DNA from: Thermodesulfovibrionia bacterium
Lineage (GTDB): Bacteria; Nitrospirota; Thermodesulfovibrionia; UBA6902
Reading direction: 5' to 3'
Assembly: GCA_963699585.1 (NCBI GenBank)
Contig: CAVOUK010000002.1
Span: 264,811 to 328,810, forward strand
Length of the DNA: 64,000 nt
This document shows positions 26,503 to 37,576 of the stretch, piece by piece (positions within the stretch are counted from its first letter, which is position 1; each line of letters begins with the position of its first letter). The position numbers were made by a program, and so were the translations under genes. The notes beneath the pieces are model-generated. The model was not told where the DNA came from. It saw only the letters and a program-made list of their open reading frames with translations, and ran no database searches.

Positions 26503-28689
26503 TTATTTTTCCCGTATTCGCAATTTAAGCTCTGTGGAATCATTACAAGAATGTGATATATACTCATCGGCAAAACCGGGGCAGCCCCATATCCACCAGA
26601 TATTCCCGGAAGGAACATAATCCGTACATACCTTGATACCACTGACATAATAATCACCCCATGACATAAATGGTATTTTCGCTCCAGGCTTCTTCGGGCC
26701 ATTAATGCGGTCGTCATGACCGATGATATTAGGTCCGCAGTCATCCCATGTTTCGATATTTTGTGCATTGAACTCGATAACACTATTGGTATCAGGGTCG
26801 ATAACTACCATCATGTTTCCACCATAGGAGGTCCCTGGATAGCCTTCATTCCAGTTACCGCTATATACATCGTATTCCCCTTGCTTGTAATAACTGAGCG
26901 GTCCTTCCCACCACATAAAACCATCTTCAGAAGTTCGTTCGCTACCATAATACCATGAGTAGTAGGTATACGCATATTTCGATAGAATGATTTCCCCCCA
27001 GTAGGTCTTGGGAGATGCTGAACGGCACCACGTCTTTACTTCCTGGGAAGTCTTTGGCGGATTTTGGTTGTTAGGGTCCGGACTGGTTCCCGGAGCAAGG
27101 ATTTCGCACAGAGGGGGTTCTCCGACAAAGAATCTGGCTGCAAGTTCTTCACAGATCTGACAATCCAGCCCCTGAGATGGGTTGCTCGTTGACCGGCATC
27201 CCTGACGGTAGTCGTTTACTATCGAGGGATCGTCACAATACAGCTCTGCATGGCACATGTTAAAATATCTAATCTGGCGTACTCCAAAAAAGAGGCGATT
27301 GTCCGGCTGTACACCACCAGTATCTGCGGGATCGCCAGGTGCATAGCGCGCAGGATCTATGTAACTCGAAGTTCGATTATACTCGTCGTTGGGTTTGATC
27401 GAGAAAAGATCCAATCGCGTGTCGCGGCTCTTTGATGTGTAACCCTCGGCAAGATAAGTATCGTAAGGATCCTTATCTGCGGCCAATCTAAATATTGTAG
27501 AGAGCTTCATTAACTCACGACTGGCCTCCTGGATTTTTACCTCACACTCATAACGCGGGGGGCCGCATTGACCAAGTACTTCAAGCGCATAGTTGGCTGC
27601 AACACTAGGACTCAGGTTCAGACCGATATGCATCGCCAGGTTGGTCGCAAGGTTACCCCAGCAAATGGGTGCGAGCTCACCAGGATTTTGCCGAAACGGC
27701 GTCAGCTGCGATAAGCTCTCTGCCATGCAGCCGTCAAGTATCTGTTTTTGATCGGAGGAGTTAAGAAGATTTTCCAGGTACATATCACCCCACCCAGGCG
27801 ACAAGATCACTGGGTCGTATGAAAGCCAATCAACCTCCGGCTCGTAGTAGCACATGGCATCGTCTTTAGCGGATGGTTGCATACCCCATATATTTTCCAC
27901 TGTACTTTTCCAGCCATGGATCAACCCGCTGACCGCTCCGACAACTGTTCCGTGGGCTATCCCGCCGAGGATTAACTTACCCAAGACATTGACGTTACCT
28001 GTAGTCGGGAAATCGTCTACCTCCGGTCCGCCCCATCGATGCCACATGTGTCCCATCGACCACTGGTCCTGAAGGTAGTGCTGGGCAATGCTCTCGTAGG
28101 TCAATGCCTCCGCCCGGCACTCCTCATAATAGCTCCTGTATTCCGATAGAGCTCCAGCATCGGACAGCTTGTCGTACAGATCATTGCTGAGATATAAGAC
28201 CGCCTGCGCAATATTGTGATATTGGGTGTAGTTTGTTTTTAACTGTGGCGGGAAGTGATTGGAGTTCAGCGCCCCCATGAAGTGTAAGAACGAATGGCAC
28301 TCCTTGGCGTCCCAATTGAGATATGGCGGACAATTTTTGTTCTGATTAATGTAATCCTCCATGCTATGTGAGAAGTCCGGCAGCTCTGAAAACTGGGCCG
28401 GACAGAAGGTCCGGGTCATAAGAGTACCATATTTATCATAATATTCAGCCGGAGTGTTGAAATCCTGAACCGTTCCGCAGACCTCATTAGATGTGCCCGG
28501 AGGATCGCTCAGAAATGTGAACGCGTCTGCAGCAGTAAACGCCTGTGAGGTCAGAGAGAGATGTTCTCCGTCAAATCGTTGGTCCCCATTGTTATCTACA
28601 GAGGGGTCTGCCAGAGACGACTCCCACGCGCCGGCAGTTGTCGTCATCGAAAGCAAAACGATTATGAGTATAGTCAGATGTATTTTCAC
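26503..28689 (-). CDS. large secreted Cys/Trp-rich protein with an N-terminal zinc phospholipase C / P1-nuclease-like signature (tentative)
   Basis: The signal peptide ...TTTAGA|WESS would leave Trp as mature residue 1. GEHLSLTSQA and HYLQDQWSMGH have the same spacing as HYLGDxxxPMH of PLC-family enzymes. Confidence 0.4.
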   Translation of the reverse strand: MKIHLTILIIVLLSMTTTAGAWESSLADPSVDNNGDQRFDGEHLSLTSQAFTAADAFTFLSDPPGTSNEVCGTVQDFNTPAEYYDKYGTLMTRTFCPAQFSELPDFSHSMEDYINQNKNCPPYLNWDAKECHSFLHFMGALNSNHFPPQLKTNYTQYHNIAQAVLYLSNDLYDKLSDAGALSEYRSYYEECRAEALTYESIAQHYLQDQWSMGHMWHRWGGPEVDDFPTTGNVNVLGKLILGGIAHGTVVGAVSGLIHGWKSTVENIWGMQPSAKDDAMCYYEPEVDWLSYDPVILSPGWGDMYLENLLNSSDQKQILDGCMAESLSQLTPFRQNPGELAPICWGNLATNLAMHIGLNLSPSVAANYALEVLGQCGPPRYECEVKIQEASRELMKLSTIFRLAADKDPYDTYLAEGYTSKSRDTRLDLFSIKPNDEYNRTSSYIDPARYAPGDPADTGGVQPDNRLFFGVRQIRYFNMCHAELYCDDPSIVNDYRQGCRSTSNPSQGLDCQICEELAARFFVGEPPLCEILAPGTSPDPNNQNPPKTSQEVKTWCRSASPKTYWGEIILSKYAYTYYSWYYGSERTSEDGFMWWEGPLSYYKQGEYDVYSGNWNEGYPGTSYGGNMMVVIDPDTNSVIEFNAQNIETWDDCGPNIIGHDDRINGPKKPGAKIPFMSWGDYYVSGIKVCTDYVPSGNIWWIWGCPGFADEYISHSCNDSTELKLRIREK

Positions 28690-28703
28690 TTGTCTCCAGC
28701 CTC

Positions 28704-30032
28704 CTAAAGGTTAGGCATACAGCTGCCGTCATAAACGAAAACCTTCAAAAACGCATCTTGCTCACTGGATCCACTTTGGAGTTCCTGTGTGAGTTGGTCG
28801 CCGCAGGCCCGCATGCAACAACCATCTTTTGGCACCGCGCTGGTGCAGACATGTACCTCGGTCGCGAAGCAGTCCTTCAGCGCGATTTGATTATTCATAC
28901 AAGCGAGCACTGATTCGATGCAATCAGCCAGGTCGGTGACCGGGTTCTTCAGATTCGGGTCATAGCTTATGGCCATTGTTGGTGCAACAAGGAATCCATT
29001 CTTTTTAAAATTCGCCGTTACAGACTGTGCCCTGTTCATCGTAACAAGGCATGTCCCGGTGCCCGGACATCCTTTCAAGGACCATCCAGCAAAATCATAC
29101 CCTGCTAAAGGTTCCGCCGTAAGCGTCACCTGCACATTAGGGGCGTACTTCTCCGCACAGTCCGTGCCGCAGTTTATCCCGGAAGGCCCGCTCGTTACTT
29201 TCCCTGATCCCTTTATCTTTGTCTTAAGATAAAATGCTTTGAAAGTCGCTTTGCATTTTTTAGACTTGTTCACAGTTACCTCACAGGTGGGACCGGTGGT
29301 ACAACTGCCGCATCCGGTCCATTTATAAAATGATGAGTGCCTGTCATCAGGGACCGGGGTTGCAGTAAGCACTACGGTTGTGTTGTACTCATACTTCGTC
29401 GCACAGAGATTGCTTCCGTCACCACACTCTATTCCTGTCCGGTCGCTCGAGACTTTTCCGGTTCCTGTCCCGGACAGCTTCACCTTTAAATTATATGACT
29501 TTGGTTTGAATGTGGCAGTGCAGGTCTTTTCTCCATTGACATTTACTTTTGAGGAAGTTTTACTTCCAGCACAGTCGCCTGACCAGCCTCCGAATTCGGA
29601 ATTCGCATCAGGCTTCTCGGTTAAGGTTACCATTATTGCTTTTGCATATTTTTCTGTGCAATCACTGCCGCAGTTAATCCCCTTGGGAGCACTGCTTAGC
29701 GTGCCTCCTCCATTGCCGTCCTTGACTATAGTCAGCTTGTACGGAGAACAATCAAGGTCTGCTGTATCAGTTTTTCCATCACAATCATTGTCAAGGGCGT
29801 CGTTGCAGGTCTGTTCCGGTGTTTCCAGCGGTAAACCGGGAGTACAACCACAAGGCCCCTTGGCTCCGGGATAGATATTCCTGTTATTATCGTCACAATC
29901 AACAGTCCCGCAATCACCGCCTTGTATGTTATATCCATCCTTGTCTTTGTCAGTACATGCGGCATTAATGACAACAGGGATGCAAATTATGAGAATTGTG
30001 TTTAATAATATAAAAAGTCTGTTCCTGTTCAT
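28704..30032 (-). CDS. secreted protein: N-terminal DCD/DNDCDG metal-binding-like motifs plus 4 divergent InlB-B-type repeats
   Basis: Signal peptide from M at 30032. The unit G.G.V.S.P.GI.CG.DC...Y......VTLTA.P...S.F.GWSG.C is repeated four times. Confidence 0.65.
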   Translation of the reverse strand: MNRNRLFILLNTILIICIPVVINAACTDKDKDGYNIQGGDCGTVDCDDNNRNIYPGAKGPCGCTPGLPLETPEQTCNDALDNDCDGKTDTADLDCSPYKLTIVKDGNGGGTLSSAPKGINCGSDCTEKYAKAIMVTLTEKPDANSEFGGWSGDCAGSKTSSKVNVNGEKTCTATFKPKSYNLKVKLSGTGTGKVSSDRTGIECGDGSNLCATKYEYNTTVVLTATPVPDDRHSSFYKWTGCGSCTTGPTCEVTVNKSKKCKATFKAFYLKTKIKGSGKVTSGPSGINCGTDCAEKYAPNVQVTLTAEPLAGYDFAGWSLKGCPGTGTCLVTMNRAQSVTANFKKNGFLVAPTMAISYDPNLKNPVTDLADCIESVLACMNNQIALKDCFATEVHVCTSAVPKDGCCMRACGDQLTQELQSGSSEQDAFLKVFVYDGSCMPNL

Positions 30033-30223
30033 GTTATTAACCACTTCTTTATAGACACACAGACTAAATGTCTGCGGATACAAACTTATTCAAATGAACT
30101 TCTGGTTCGTGAAATGGTATGTGCAGATATTTATCTCTATAACATGAAAAATCGAAAGTGTCAATAAATAAACAGCAATCTGCCTTTGACAAACATGATG
30201 ATCTCAAAATGGTATAATCCTTC

Positions 30224-31495
30224 ATGCGATTTATTGCCGACCTTCACATCCATTCAAAATATTCACGGGCAACCAGCAAAGACATGTCACCGGAAAGTAT
30301 CTGGAAATGGGCGCAGCTCAAGGGCATTACAGTAATCGGCACAGGAGATTTCACCCATCCGAAATGGCTTAATGAGCTGAAGGAAAAGCTCGATCCGGCA
30401 GGCAATGGATTGTTCAGACTGAAAAAGGAATTTCTCTCGGATGACATTCCTGATTCCTGCAAAGCAGACGTCTATTTTCTCCTCTCTGCAGAGATAAGCT
30501 GTATATACAGTAAGAACGGAAAAACACGCAAGATACATTCCATAATCTTTGCTCCGGATTTTTCCGATGCCGCAACGATAAATTCAGCCTTGTCAAAAAT
30601 CGGCAACCTTCACTCTGACGGAAGACCGATATTGGGGCTTGACGCAAAGAAACTTCTGGGAATCGTACTGGACTCCTCTCCTGATGCCATGCTCGTCCCC
30701 GCTCATGCATGGACCCCGCATTTCTCGGTCTTTGGCGCAGTGTCGGGCTTCGATTCACTTGATGAATGTTTTGAAGAACTGACGCCGCACATCTACGCTA
30801 TTGAAACAGGGCTCTCATCAGATCCGGCAATGAACTGGCGCCTTTCGGCCCTCGACAGGATAACTCTTATATCCAATTCCGACGCCCATTCTCCGGCAAA
30901 GATAGGACGGGAGGCGAATATCTTTGATACTGAAATTTCGTATAACCCCATTATGGATGCATTGAAAACAAAAAAAGGTTTTCGCGGGACCATCGAGTTC
31001 TTTCCCGAGGAAGGGAAATACCATCATGACGGGCACAGACAATGTGCAGTAAGCCTTACACCGAAAGAGACCATAAAACATGGCTACCTCTGTCCGGTAT
31101 GCGGTAAAAAAGTTACGGTGGGCGTAATGCACAGGGTTGAAAAACTTGCAGACAGAAAAGAAGGCTTTAAACCCAAAGGCGCTCCAGCCTTTCATTCAAT
31201 AATTCCCCTTCAGGAAATTATCGCCGAAACTATTAAGGTAGGCGTAAGCAGTAAGGCAGTAAATACTGTATATCAAAAACTGCTTCATGAGCTTGGGAAC
31301 GAATTCAGCATTCTCATGGATACGCCTCTCGCAGATATCGAAAAAGCAGGTTCTCCCCTTCTCAGTCACGCAATATCACAAATGCGTAAAGGGAACGTTA
31401 ATATTGCACCGGGATTTGACGGAGAGTTCGGAAAAATAAATATACACGAAGCGGTTGGAAGTAAAAAGCGCAAAGGGCAGAAGATGCTGTTTTAA
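30224..31495 (+). CDS. endonuclease Q-like PHP-domain protein
   Basis: MRFIADLHIHSKYSRATSKDM...GITVIGTGDFTHPKW N-terminus, plus the internal Zn finger CPVCGKKVTVGVMHR. Confidence 0.6.
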   Translation: MRFIADLHIHSKYSRATSKDMSPESIWKWAQLKGITVIGTGDFTHPKWLNELKEKLDPAGNGLFRLKKEFLSDDIPDSCKADVYFLLSAEISCIYSKNGKTRKIHSIIFAPDFSDAATINSALSKIGNLHSDGRPILGLDAKKLLGIVLDSSPDAMLVPAHAWTPHFSVFGAVSGFDSLDECFEELTPHIYAIETGLSSDPAMNWRLSALDRITLISNSDAHSPAKIGREANIFDTEISYNPIMDALKTKKGFRGTIEFFPEEGKYHHDGHRQCAVSLTPKETIKHGYLCPVCGKKVTVGVMHRVEKLADRKEGFKPKGAPAFHSIIPLQEIIAETIKVGVSSKAVNTVYQKLLHELGNEFSILMDTPLADIEKAGSPLLSHAISQMRKGNVNIAPGFDGEFGKINIHEAVGSKKRKGQKMLF

Positions 31496-31551
31496 GCAGA
31501 TGAATAAACCAGTTTTGATAAAATGTGTCTTGTATCAGGAAATCATCCTGA

Positions 31552-31992
31552 ATGATAAAAAAGGATGACACCATAGCCATTATCGCACCAATGCTACAGG
31601 ATATCACTACAGGCAATGCAAAAAAAGACGGCACAGAGTTCAGCTTCTGGTTTGTAGGCCAGATAGAAAAGTGGTGCAAAGAAAAAGATATGCCCTTTGA
31701 TGCGAAGCGGTATGGTCTTCGAAACACCGGGGACATAGAAATTAAGTGGGGGATATACAAAAAAGGCGAGTTGCGGAATGTATGGGCGTCAAGTTCCGAA
31801 AAAACAGCCATGAGCATACTTGTCAGGGGTGATTTTACTTTCATATTTCGTAACATCGCCAATCATGAAGAGCAAAAAGAAGTCAGGCTTTTAAATGAAG
31901 GTGATTACGTGATCTGGCGTGAAGACGTTGAGCACACATGGAGAATGGACGAGGATTCAGAAATATTAACTTTGAGATGGTCCACAAAGTAA
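31552..31992 (+). CDS. hypothetical protein (possible cupin fold)
   Basis: 146-aa ORF. GDYVIWREDVEHTW is a beta-rich pattern. No firm family assignment. Confidence 0.4.
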   Translation: MIKKDDTIAIIAPMLQDITTGNAKKDGTEFSFWFVGQIEKWCKEKDMPFDAKRYGLRNTGDIEIKWGIYKKGELRNVWASSSEKTAMSILVRGDFTFIFRNIANHEEQKEVRLLNEGDYVIWREDVEHTWRMDEDSEILTLRWSTK

Positions 31993-32020
31993 ATATGCAG
32001 GAGGTCGGACACCAAATCGA

Positions 32021-32479
32021 CTAAGCGTTCTTCAAATCCGATGTACAATGCCCGCAGCGCACAGCCTTGATGGGAATTGTGGAGAAGCAGTACGGACAAT
32101 CTTTTGTTGTCGGATCAGCAGACGCAGCTTCTTCTTTTCTTTCAAGCTTATTGATGCCTTTGATCAAAATAAATACCGAGAAGGCAACTATTATAAAGCT
32201 GATAACTGAATTTATGAACAGGCCGTAATTCAAAGTCACTGCACCGGCTGTCTTGGCGTCAGCAATAGAAATATAAGGTCCTGCGGCTTTGCTCCCCTGT
32301 TTAATGACAATAAAAAGGTTTGAGAAATCAACGTTGCCCAGGATCAAACCTATTGGCGGCATTATTACATCAGAGACAAGCGAGTTGACTATTGAACCGA
32401 ATGCAGCGCCGATTATAATACCTACGGCCATATCAACTACATTGCCGCGCATCGCAAATTCTTTGAATTCTTTAAACAT
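32021..32479 (-). CDS. mscL: large-conductance mechanosensitive channel MscL with C-terminal CxxC...CxxC extension
   Basis: [39 protein letters not shown]. Tail [20 protein letters not shown]. Confidence 0.9.
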   Translation of the reverse strand: MFKEFKEFAMRGNVVDMAVGIIIGAAFGSIVNSLVSDVIMPPIGLILGNVDFSNLFIVIKQGSKAAGPYISIADAKTAGAVTLNYGLFINSVISFIIVAFSVFILIKGINKLERKEEAASADPTTKDCPYCFSTIPIKAVRCGHCTSDLKNA

Positions 32480-32525
32480 TTTTTCTCCTCCTTTTAACAG
32501 GGTAAGATAACATTTTTGGGGAAAG

Positions 32526-34349
32526 TTATCCCTGGATGCAGTTAAAGTGCCTGATATTGCCGTCGTAATCGCCTGATATAACTTCAATGACGCCGTTATT
32601 CATGATCAAAAATGGTGAACTGTGGCTTTGCATCCTGATTTCATTGAGAAAATCTTTTTCAAGGAAAACAAGTTTGTTGAGGTCAATGGAGGATTTGTCC
32701 CCGTCAGGCAATTCTGCAGCATATGTTTTTATCCGGCCATCCTCCTGTCCGACAAAAAGATAAAAAGTATTTTTATACCGTGCAACAGACGGAGTGGAAA
32801 AACCCTTGACCTTTATATTGTCGAACACCCCTGCAATCGGTTCCCACACAGGCAGGCCCTTTATTATTTCTTTAATTTTATACGCATAAATTTTCCCGTC
32901 ATCGGCGCCTGTGATAAGCTCCCATCTGCCGTCATTATCAATATCAAAAACAGCAGGCGTGCTGTGATATATCTTCCTCAAACCTTTAAAAAATTTCTTT
33001 TCCTCCCGCCATAAAGGAATATCCTCCGAGCCTTTGTTAATGAAGGCCTTTATGTCGCCGCTGCTTTCTCCGGTAATAAGGATATCCCTGCCCTGCCAGA
33101 CGGCAAAGACTCCGCGTGAAAATCCCGAAACCTTAATATTGTCAAGATATCCTTTTCTCTCTATCCAGGGCAGTCCCCCGGGTTCATTTCTAAATTCATA
33201 ACGCCTTAATCTGCCATCCATATTTCCGACAACCATACAAAGCCTCTTTTCAACAAAAGACATTGTCGGGGCGCAGGCAGGACCTGCAAATATCCTGTTG
33301 TTGAATAATTCCTGGTTTTTCCCCCAGACGGTGAAATCTTTTTTCTTGTTTTCATAATATGTAAGGACGCCGTCTCCGTCGGCCAGTACAAGGTCGAAAC
33401 GGTCCTTGTCGAGAAGGTTGGTAAAGGCCGGAGATAAAAACCGCTTTGCGGACAGATCAGCCGTTATATTCTTTGCTGAAATCTTATTATTCCCTTTTTC
33501 CAATTCAAACATGTAAAGCCTTCCCAATGCAGTTCCTATTGTCAGAATAACTTTGTCTTTCAATTGTAACGCAGAAGGAACAGCATACTTATCAAATGAC
33601 TTTTTAAGCAGAATAGACTTGTCACGTACAAACCTGATGTTCCTGCCGGTCGAAATATTTTTAAAAAAGAATATCTCCCCTTCGGAGTTGCCTGCTATTA
33701 TGTCGGGGGACCCGTCAAAATTGTAATCAACTATTGTTACGGCTGCGTCATTTCCGATTTTTATATCCGTCCCCTCAATCTTCACCCATTTTGGAGCATC
33801 CATTGGACCGGCATTCTTAAAAAACAAAAGCCTTCCCGAATCAGATGAAAAACCGCCGGTGCCGACAACAATTTCCACCTTTCCGTCCCCGTCAATATCA
33901 CCAACCGCAGGGTCCGAAAATGCGCCTGTGCCGATGCCGTCGAAATATCCTTCTACAGGCTTCCAGTAACGTATTTGGGCATCTCCCGAATTCCGGTATA
34001 AATAAAGCAACCCGTTTTTGCCGCCAACTATCATATCTGTCAGGCCGTCGCTGTTCATATCAAAAAACGCGGGCTTGATAAAAGGCATAACCTTCATACC
34101 GCTTATATTGAAATTTGTGTCCGTATTTTCCTCGCAGCGCATCGTATATGTTTTGCCGGCCTTTTGATCTTTATTTATTTCTTCTTTTATTATTTCTTGT
34201 TTTTCAGATGGTTCTGTCTTTTTTTCAACTTCTATTTTCTTTTCAACAGGAATTGAAACCGTGGGTTTTTCTTTTGGTGCGGCGCAGGAGACAGTAAAGA
34301 CAGCGGTGAGTAAAAAGATGAAATGCTTATATTCTGAAATTTTCAACAT
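32526..34349 (-). CDS. FG-GAP/VCBS-repeat lipoprotein
   Basis: Lipobox ...FTVSC. Repeated DxNxDGxxD(l/i)vvG motifs ([43 protein letters not shown]). Confidence 0.75.
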   Translation of the reverse strand: MLKISEYKHFIFLLTAVFTVSCAAPKEKPTVSIPVEKKIEVEKKTEPSEKQEIIKEEINKDQKAGKTYTMRCEENTDTNFNISGMKVMPFIKPAFFDMNSDGLTDMIVGGKNGLLYLYRNSGDAQIRYWKPVEGYFDGIGTGAFSDPAVGDIDGDGKVEIVVGTGGFSSDSGRLLFFKNAGPMDAPKWVKIEGTDIKIGNDAAVTIVDYNFDGSPDIIAGNSEGEIFFFKNISTGRNIRFVRDKSILLKKSFDKYAVPSALQLKDKVILTIGTALGRLYMFELEKGNNKISAKNITADLSAKRFLSPAFTNLLDKDRFDLVLADGDGVLTYYENKKKDFTVWGKNQELFNNRIFAGPACAPTMSFVEKRLCMVVGNMDGRLRRYEFRNEPGGLPWIERKGYLDNIKVSGFSRGVFAVWQGRDILITGESSGDIKAFINKGSEDIPLWREEKKFFKGLRKIYHSTPAVFDIDNDGRWELITGADDGKIYAYKIKEIIKGLPVWEPIAGVFDNIKVKGFSTPSVARYKNTFYLFVGQEDGRIKTYAAELPDGDKSSIDLNKLVFLEKDFLNEIRMQSHSSPFLIMNNGVIEVISGDYDGNIRHFNCIQG

Positions 34350-34444
34350 GTCAATAAATATATACGGCAGAAGCTGAAATTTTCTTCAACTTCTGCCGTT
34401 ATATCCGTCAATTAAAATTTACAAAACATCTTTATAGTATACGC

Positions 34445-35705
34445 TTAATCCATAATTACAACAAAGTGTACCCTTCTGTTGGTCTTTGCCTCTGTCGAGT
34501 TTTTGTTCTTTGGTGTGGGTATTTCAGGCATGGCCAACCTGGTCTCTCCATATGCGATTGTAGTCAGTCTCTCCGAAGATATGCCGCCTTCTTTCATCAG
34601 ATACTCCTTAACGGCATTTGCTCTTCTCTCGCTCAATCTGAGGTTGTAATCATCCTGACCATGTGCACATGTATGCCCTTCTATACGGACTTTGATACCG
34701 GGATTTTCTTTCATGGACTGCATATTCTTTTTCAGTATTCCCGTGGCTTCTTCTGTCAGGGTTGCCTTATCAAAGTCGAAATGAAGATCTTCAAGAACAA
34801 TAACTTTTTCGACTTTTGCAGCAGGGACAGGCGGACATCCTGTAGAATCTACAGCAACGCCTTTTGGCGTATCAGGACATTTATCGAGATAGTCAGGCAC
34901 CCCGTCTCCATCGCTGTCAAGCGGACAACCTGTTTTGTCTACAGCAACACCCTTTGGCGTATCAGGACATTTATCGAGATAGTCAGGCACCCCGTCTCCA
35001 TCGCTGTCAAGCGGACAACCTTTGCTGTCTACAGCAACACCTTTGGGTGTATCAGGACATTTATCCATATCATCATAAACGCCGTCTCCGTCACTGTCTG
35101 CAGGCTTTACAGGTTCAGGCGCTTTTGGCTGAGGAGCAGGTTCAGGCGCCGGAGCAGCCTTTTTCTCACCGCCGAATAGGTATGTAAGCCCTACCGTATA
35201 AATTATAATTATAATTTGGATCATCTGTAATTATTTGCCTGATGTCACCGCGAACAGCTAAGTTCTCTGTAACAAAATACTTGACGCCGGCCCCGAAATT
35301 CAATAAAGGGTCTGAACCTTTGTTATCAATATCGCCTCTAATGCTGATTGCACCTACACCGGCAGCAACATAGGGTACCAGCTTTTTATCAGGCATAAAA
35401 TGATATAAGGCATCCAGCCTGTAAAGATATGCCTCTACATTTTCTCCGTCAGAAGAATCTGCATTTGAATCTGTATTAACATAATTAAAGTTGCCCTCAA
35501 CCCCCCAGTTCTCAGTGAAATTGTAGCCCAATCCTAATCCATATGTTATGTCATCATCAATATGCTGACCTCCCTGAAAAACATAACCTCCGATGTTGGG
35601 ATTCAGTGAAACGGACCCTTCTCTTATCTGACTCATTCCATTTCCCGGTGAAAAAACTAATATGCATACAACTAATAAAACAGCAAGCCATGTAATACTT
35701 TTCAT
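34445..35705 (-). CDS. OmpA-family outer-membrane protein (beta-barrel + 3 TSP3-type Ca-binding repeats + OmpA C-terminal domain), frameshifted near 35200
   Basis: The barrel is in ORF 35166-35705. DSDGDGVPDYLDKCPDTPKGVAVD x3 and ...RIEGHTCAHGQDDYNLRLSERRANAV are in ORF 34445-35224. Confidence 0.85.
34856..35110. repeat. three tandem 90-nt repeats inside the ompA-like gene
   Basis: GGCGTATCAGGACATTTATCGAGATAGTCAGGCACCCCGTCTCCATCGCTGTCAAGCGGACAACC recurs at a 90-nt period (34866, 34956, and 35046 diverged). Confidence 0.8.
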
Positions 35706-35814
35706 TCTGATTTCCTCCTTTCTATTGTTTTATGTGTAACTAACAAGTTGTGAATTTATAACACATTTGAATCAATAGTACAAAAAATCGATAAAAAAAT
35801 ATAGTAATCTATAA

Positions 35815-36574
35815 TTATTTCCCGAATACTTTTTTCAGGAGGTCTGTCACCCTCGCACCCGGATCGGTCCTTATCTTCTTTTCTTCCTGGGCAACCATAT
35901 AAAAAAGGCCGTCCAGAGCTTTATTGGTCACATAGGTGTCAACATCGAGAGATTCTGCTTTCATAAAAGGTATAGATGTATATTTTCCCATCATTTCCTT
36001 GTAACTGCGGGTAACTCCAACCTCGTCCGTGCTCGATGAAATGGCGGGTTTAAAGTCGCTGAAAAGTTTATCATATGTTTTTGACTTAAAAAAATCAGTT
36101 GCCGCTGTGTTACCGCCATTAAGGATCTTTTTAGCATCTTCAATAGACATTCCTTTTACCGAATCGACAAAATAATCTGCTGCTTTAGGAGCAGCCTTTT
36201 CTGCTGCACGGTTCATGCTCAGTATGAAGTCATCCACCGGTTTCTCATATCCAATCTTCCTTAAAACATCTGCAACCTTCTGGATCTTCTCAGGCATGAG
36301 AATCTTTATGGCATTATTGCCAAAATAACCATCAGTTTTTGAGACCTCTTTTACAGCGTTTGTCAGTTCCTATCGAAAGGGCCTCTTTAAGCCCTGATAT
36401 AACTGTGCTGTCGTCAAGCTCCTGTTTTGACGACAAAGACGGGATTTTTTTAAGCATGTCATCCAGAAAACCGGCATACGAAAAAGAAACCATAAAAAAC
36501 AAAACAGACAGAACTGTAATAAAGGACCTTTTCAGTGCGGCCTCCTCAATGTAATGTCGTATTAATTTCTTCAA
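35815..36574 (-). CDS. DUF4197-family protein, frameshifted near 36340
   Basis: GLKEALSIGTDK... in ORF 36332-36574. ...SMNRAAEKAAPKAADYF...YVTNKALDGLFYMVAQEEKKIRTDPGARVTDLLKKVFGK in ORF 35815-36297. Confidence 0.7.
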
Positions 36575-36757
36575 ACTATCTGTATTTAATTAATTATTTA
36601 AGATCAATGCTTGACACTCTAATATATATATCATGAAAAAAAACGTTTGTCAAAATTATTTTAGTAACTTCATAATTTATTGAAAGTTGTTTTAACCTGT
36701 TGAGAATCGGGACTCAATCGATGATAACTGTGATATAGTAAAATTAATATTTATACA

Positions 36758-37513
36758 ATGAATCCTCTCGATGTTTATAAAAAACTGCCTAAAAAGAACT
36801 GCGGTAAATGCTCTGCAGGGACCTGTATGGCCTTCGCAGTGCAATTACTGAGAAGGCTCGTTCCGATCTCCGAGTGTGTTGAGCTGGATGAACAGGGACA
36901 AAAAGAGATTGAATCCATGATATCGGGGCCCGGTGACTGGAAGGAACGCCGTGTACAGGAATTGTTAAAGGAGATATCCGGATCGGATCTCTCCGCCATA
37001 GCAGAGGGCCTGGGCGCTGCTGCAAAAGACGATACTATCAAACTTCGGTATCTGGGAAAAGATATCACCGTTACACATTCAGGATTTGGCGAGACAATGG
37101 ATATATTTGATCAGCTTCTCATTCTGATGTATATAAAAACTGCAGGCAATAAGCCTCTTACAGGCAGCTGGGTTGCCTTCAGGGATCTAAAAGACGGCTT
37201 GATCCGCTCGGAGAGTTTTCACGAAGCCTGTGAGTTGACTCTTGCGCGTATGTTCGGCAAAGATCAGGACAGCTTTCTTAAAAAGATGCTTGAACTCGGC
37301 AGTGCAGAGGTAAAAGGTTTTTCAGCAAAACACAGTCTGATAATACATCCCCTTCCAAAAATCCCTTTTCTCGTCCTTCTATGGCCCGGAGATGAGGAGT
37401 TCGACTCTGACTGCAGGATACTCTTTGATTCAACGGTCACAGGGTATATTGATGTCGAAGCATTACTTTATCTCGGCATGGCAGTAGTTCGGCAATTAGC
37501 AGCAACTCACTGA
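36758..37513 (+). CDS. DUF3786-like protein with N-terminal C-x2-C-x4-C-x16-C [4Fe-4S]-type motif
   Basis: LPKKNCGKCSAGTCMAFAVQLLRRLVPISEC matches the corrinoid Fe-S protein / RnfB N-terminal cluster spacing. Confidence 0.6.
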   Translation: MNPLDVYKKLPKKNCGKCSAGTCMAFAVQLLRRLVPISECVELDEQGQKEIESMISGPGDWKERRVQELLKEISGSDLSAIAEGLGAAAKDDTIKLRYLGKDITVTHSGFGETMDIFDQLLILMYIKTAGNKPLTGSWVAFRDLKDGLIRSESFHEACELTLARMFGKDQDSFLKKMLELGSAEVKGFSAKHSLIIHPLPKIPFLVLLWPGDEEFDSDCRILFDSTVTGYIDVEALLYLGMAVVRQLAATH

Positions 37514-37576
37514 ATTTATTGTGAAGATCAGCTTTGCAGGATAAGTCCGGGCAACACGAGAAAATAAGTTGCGATA

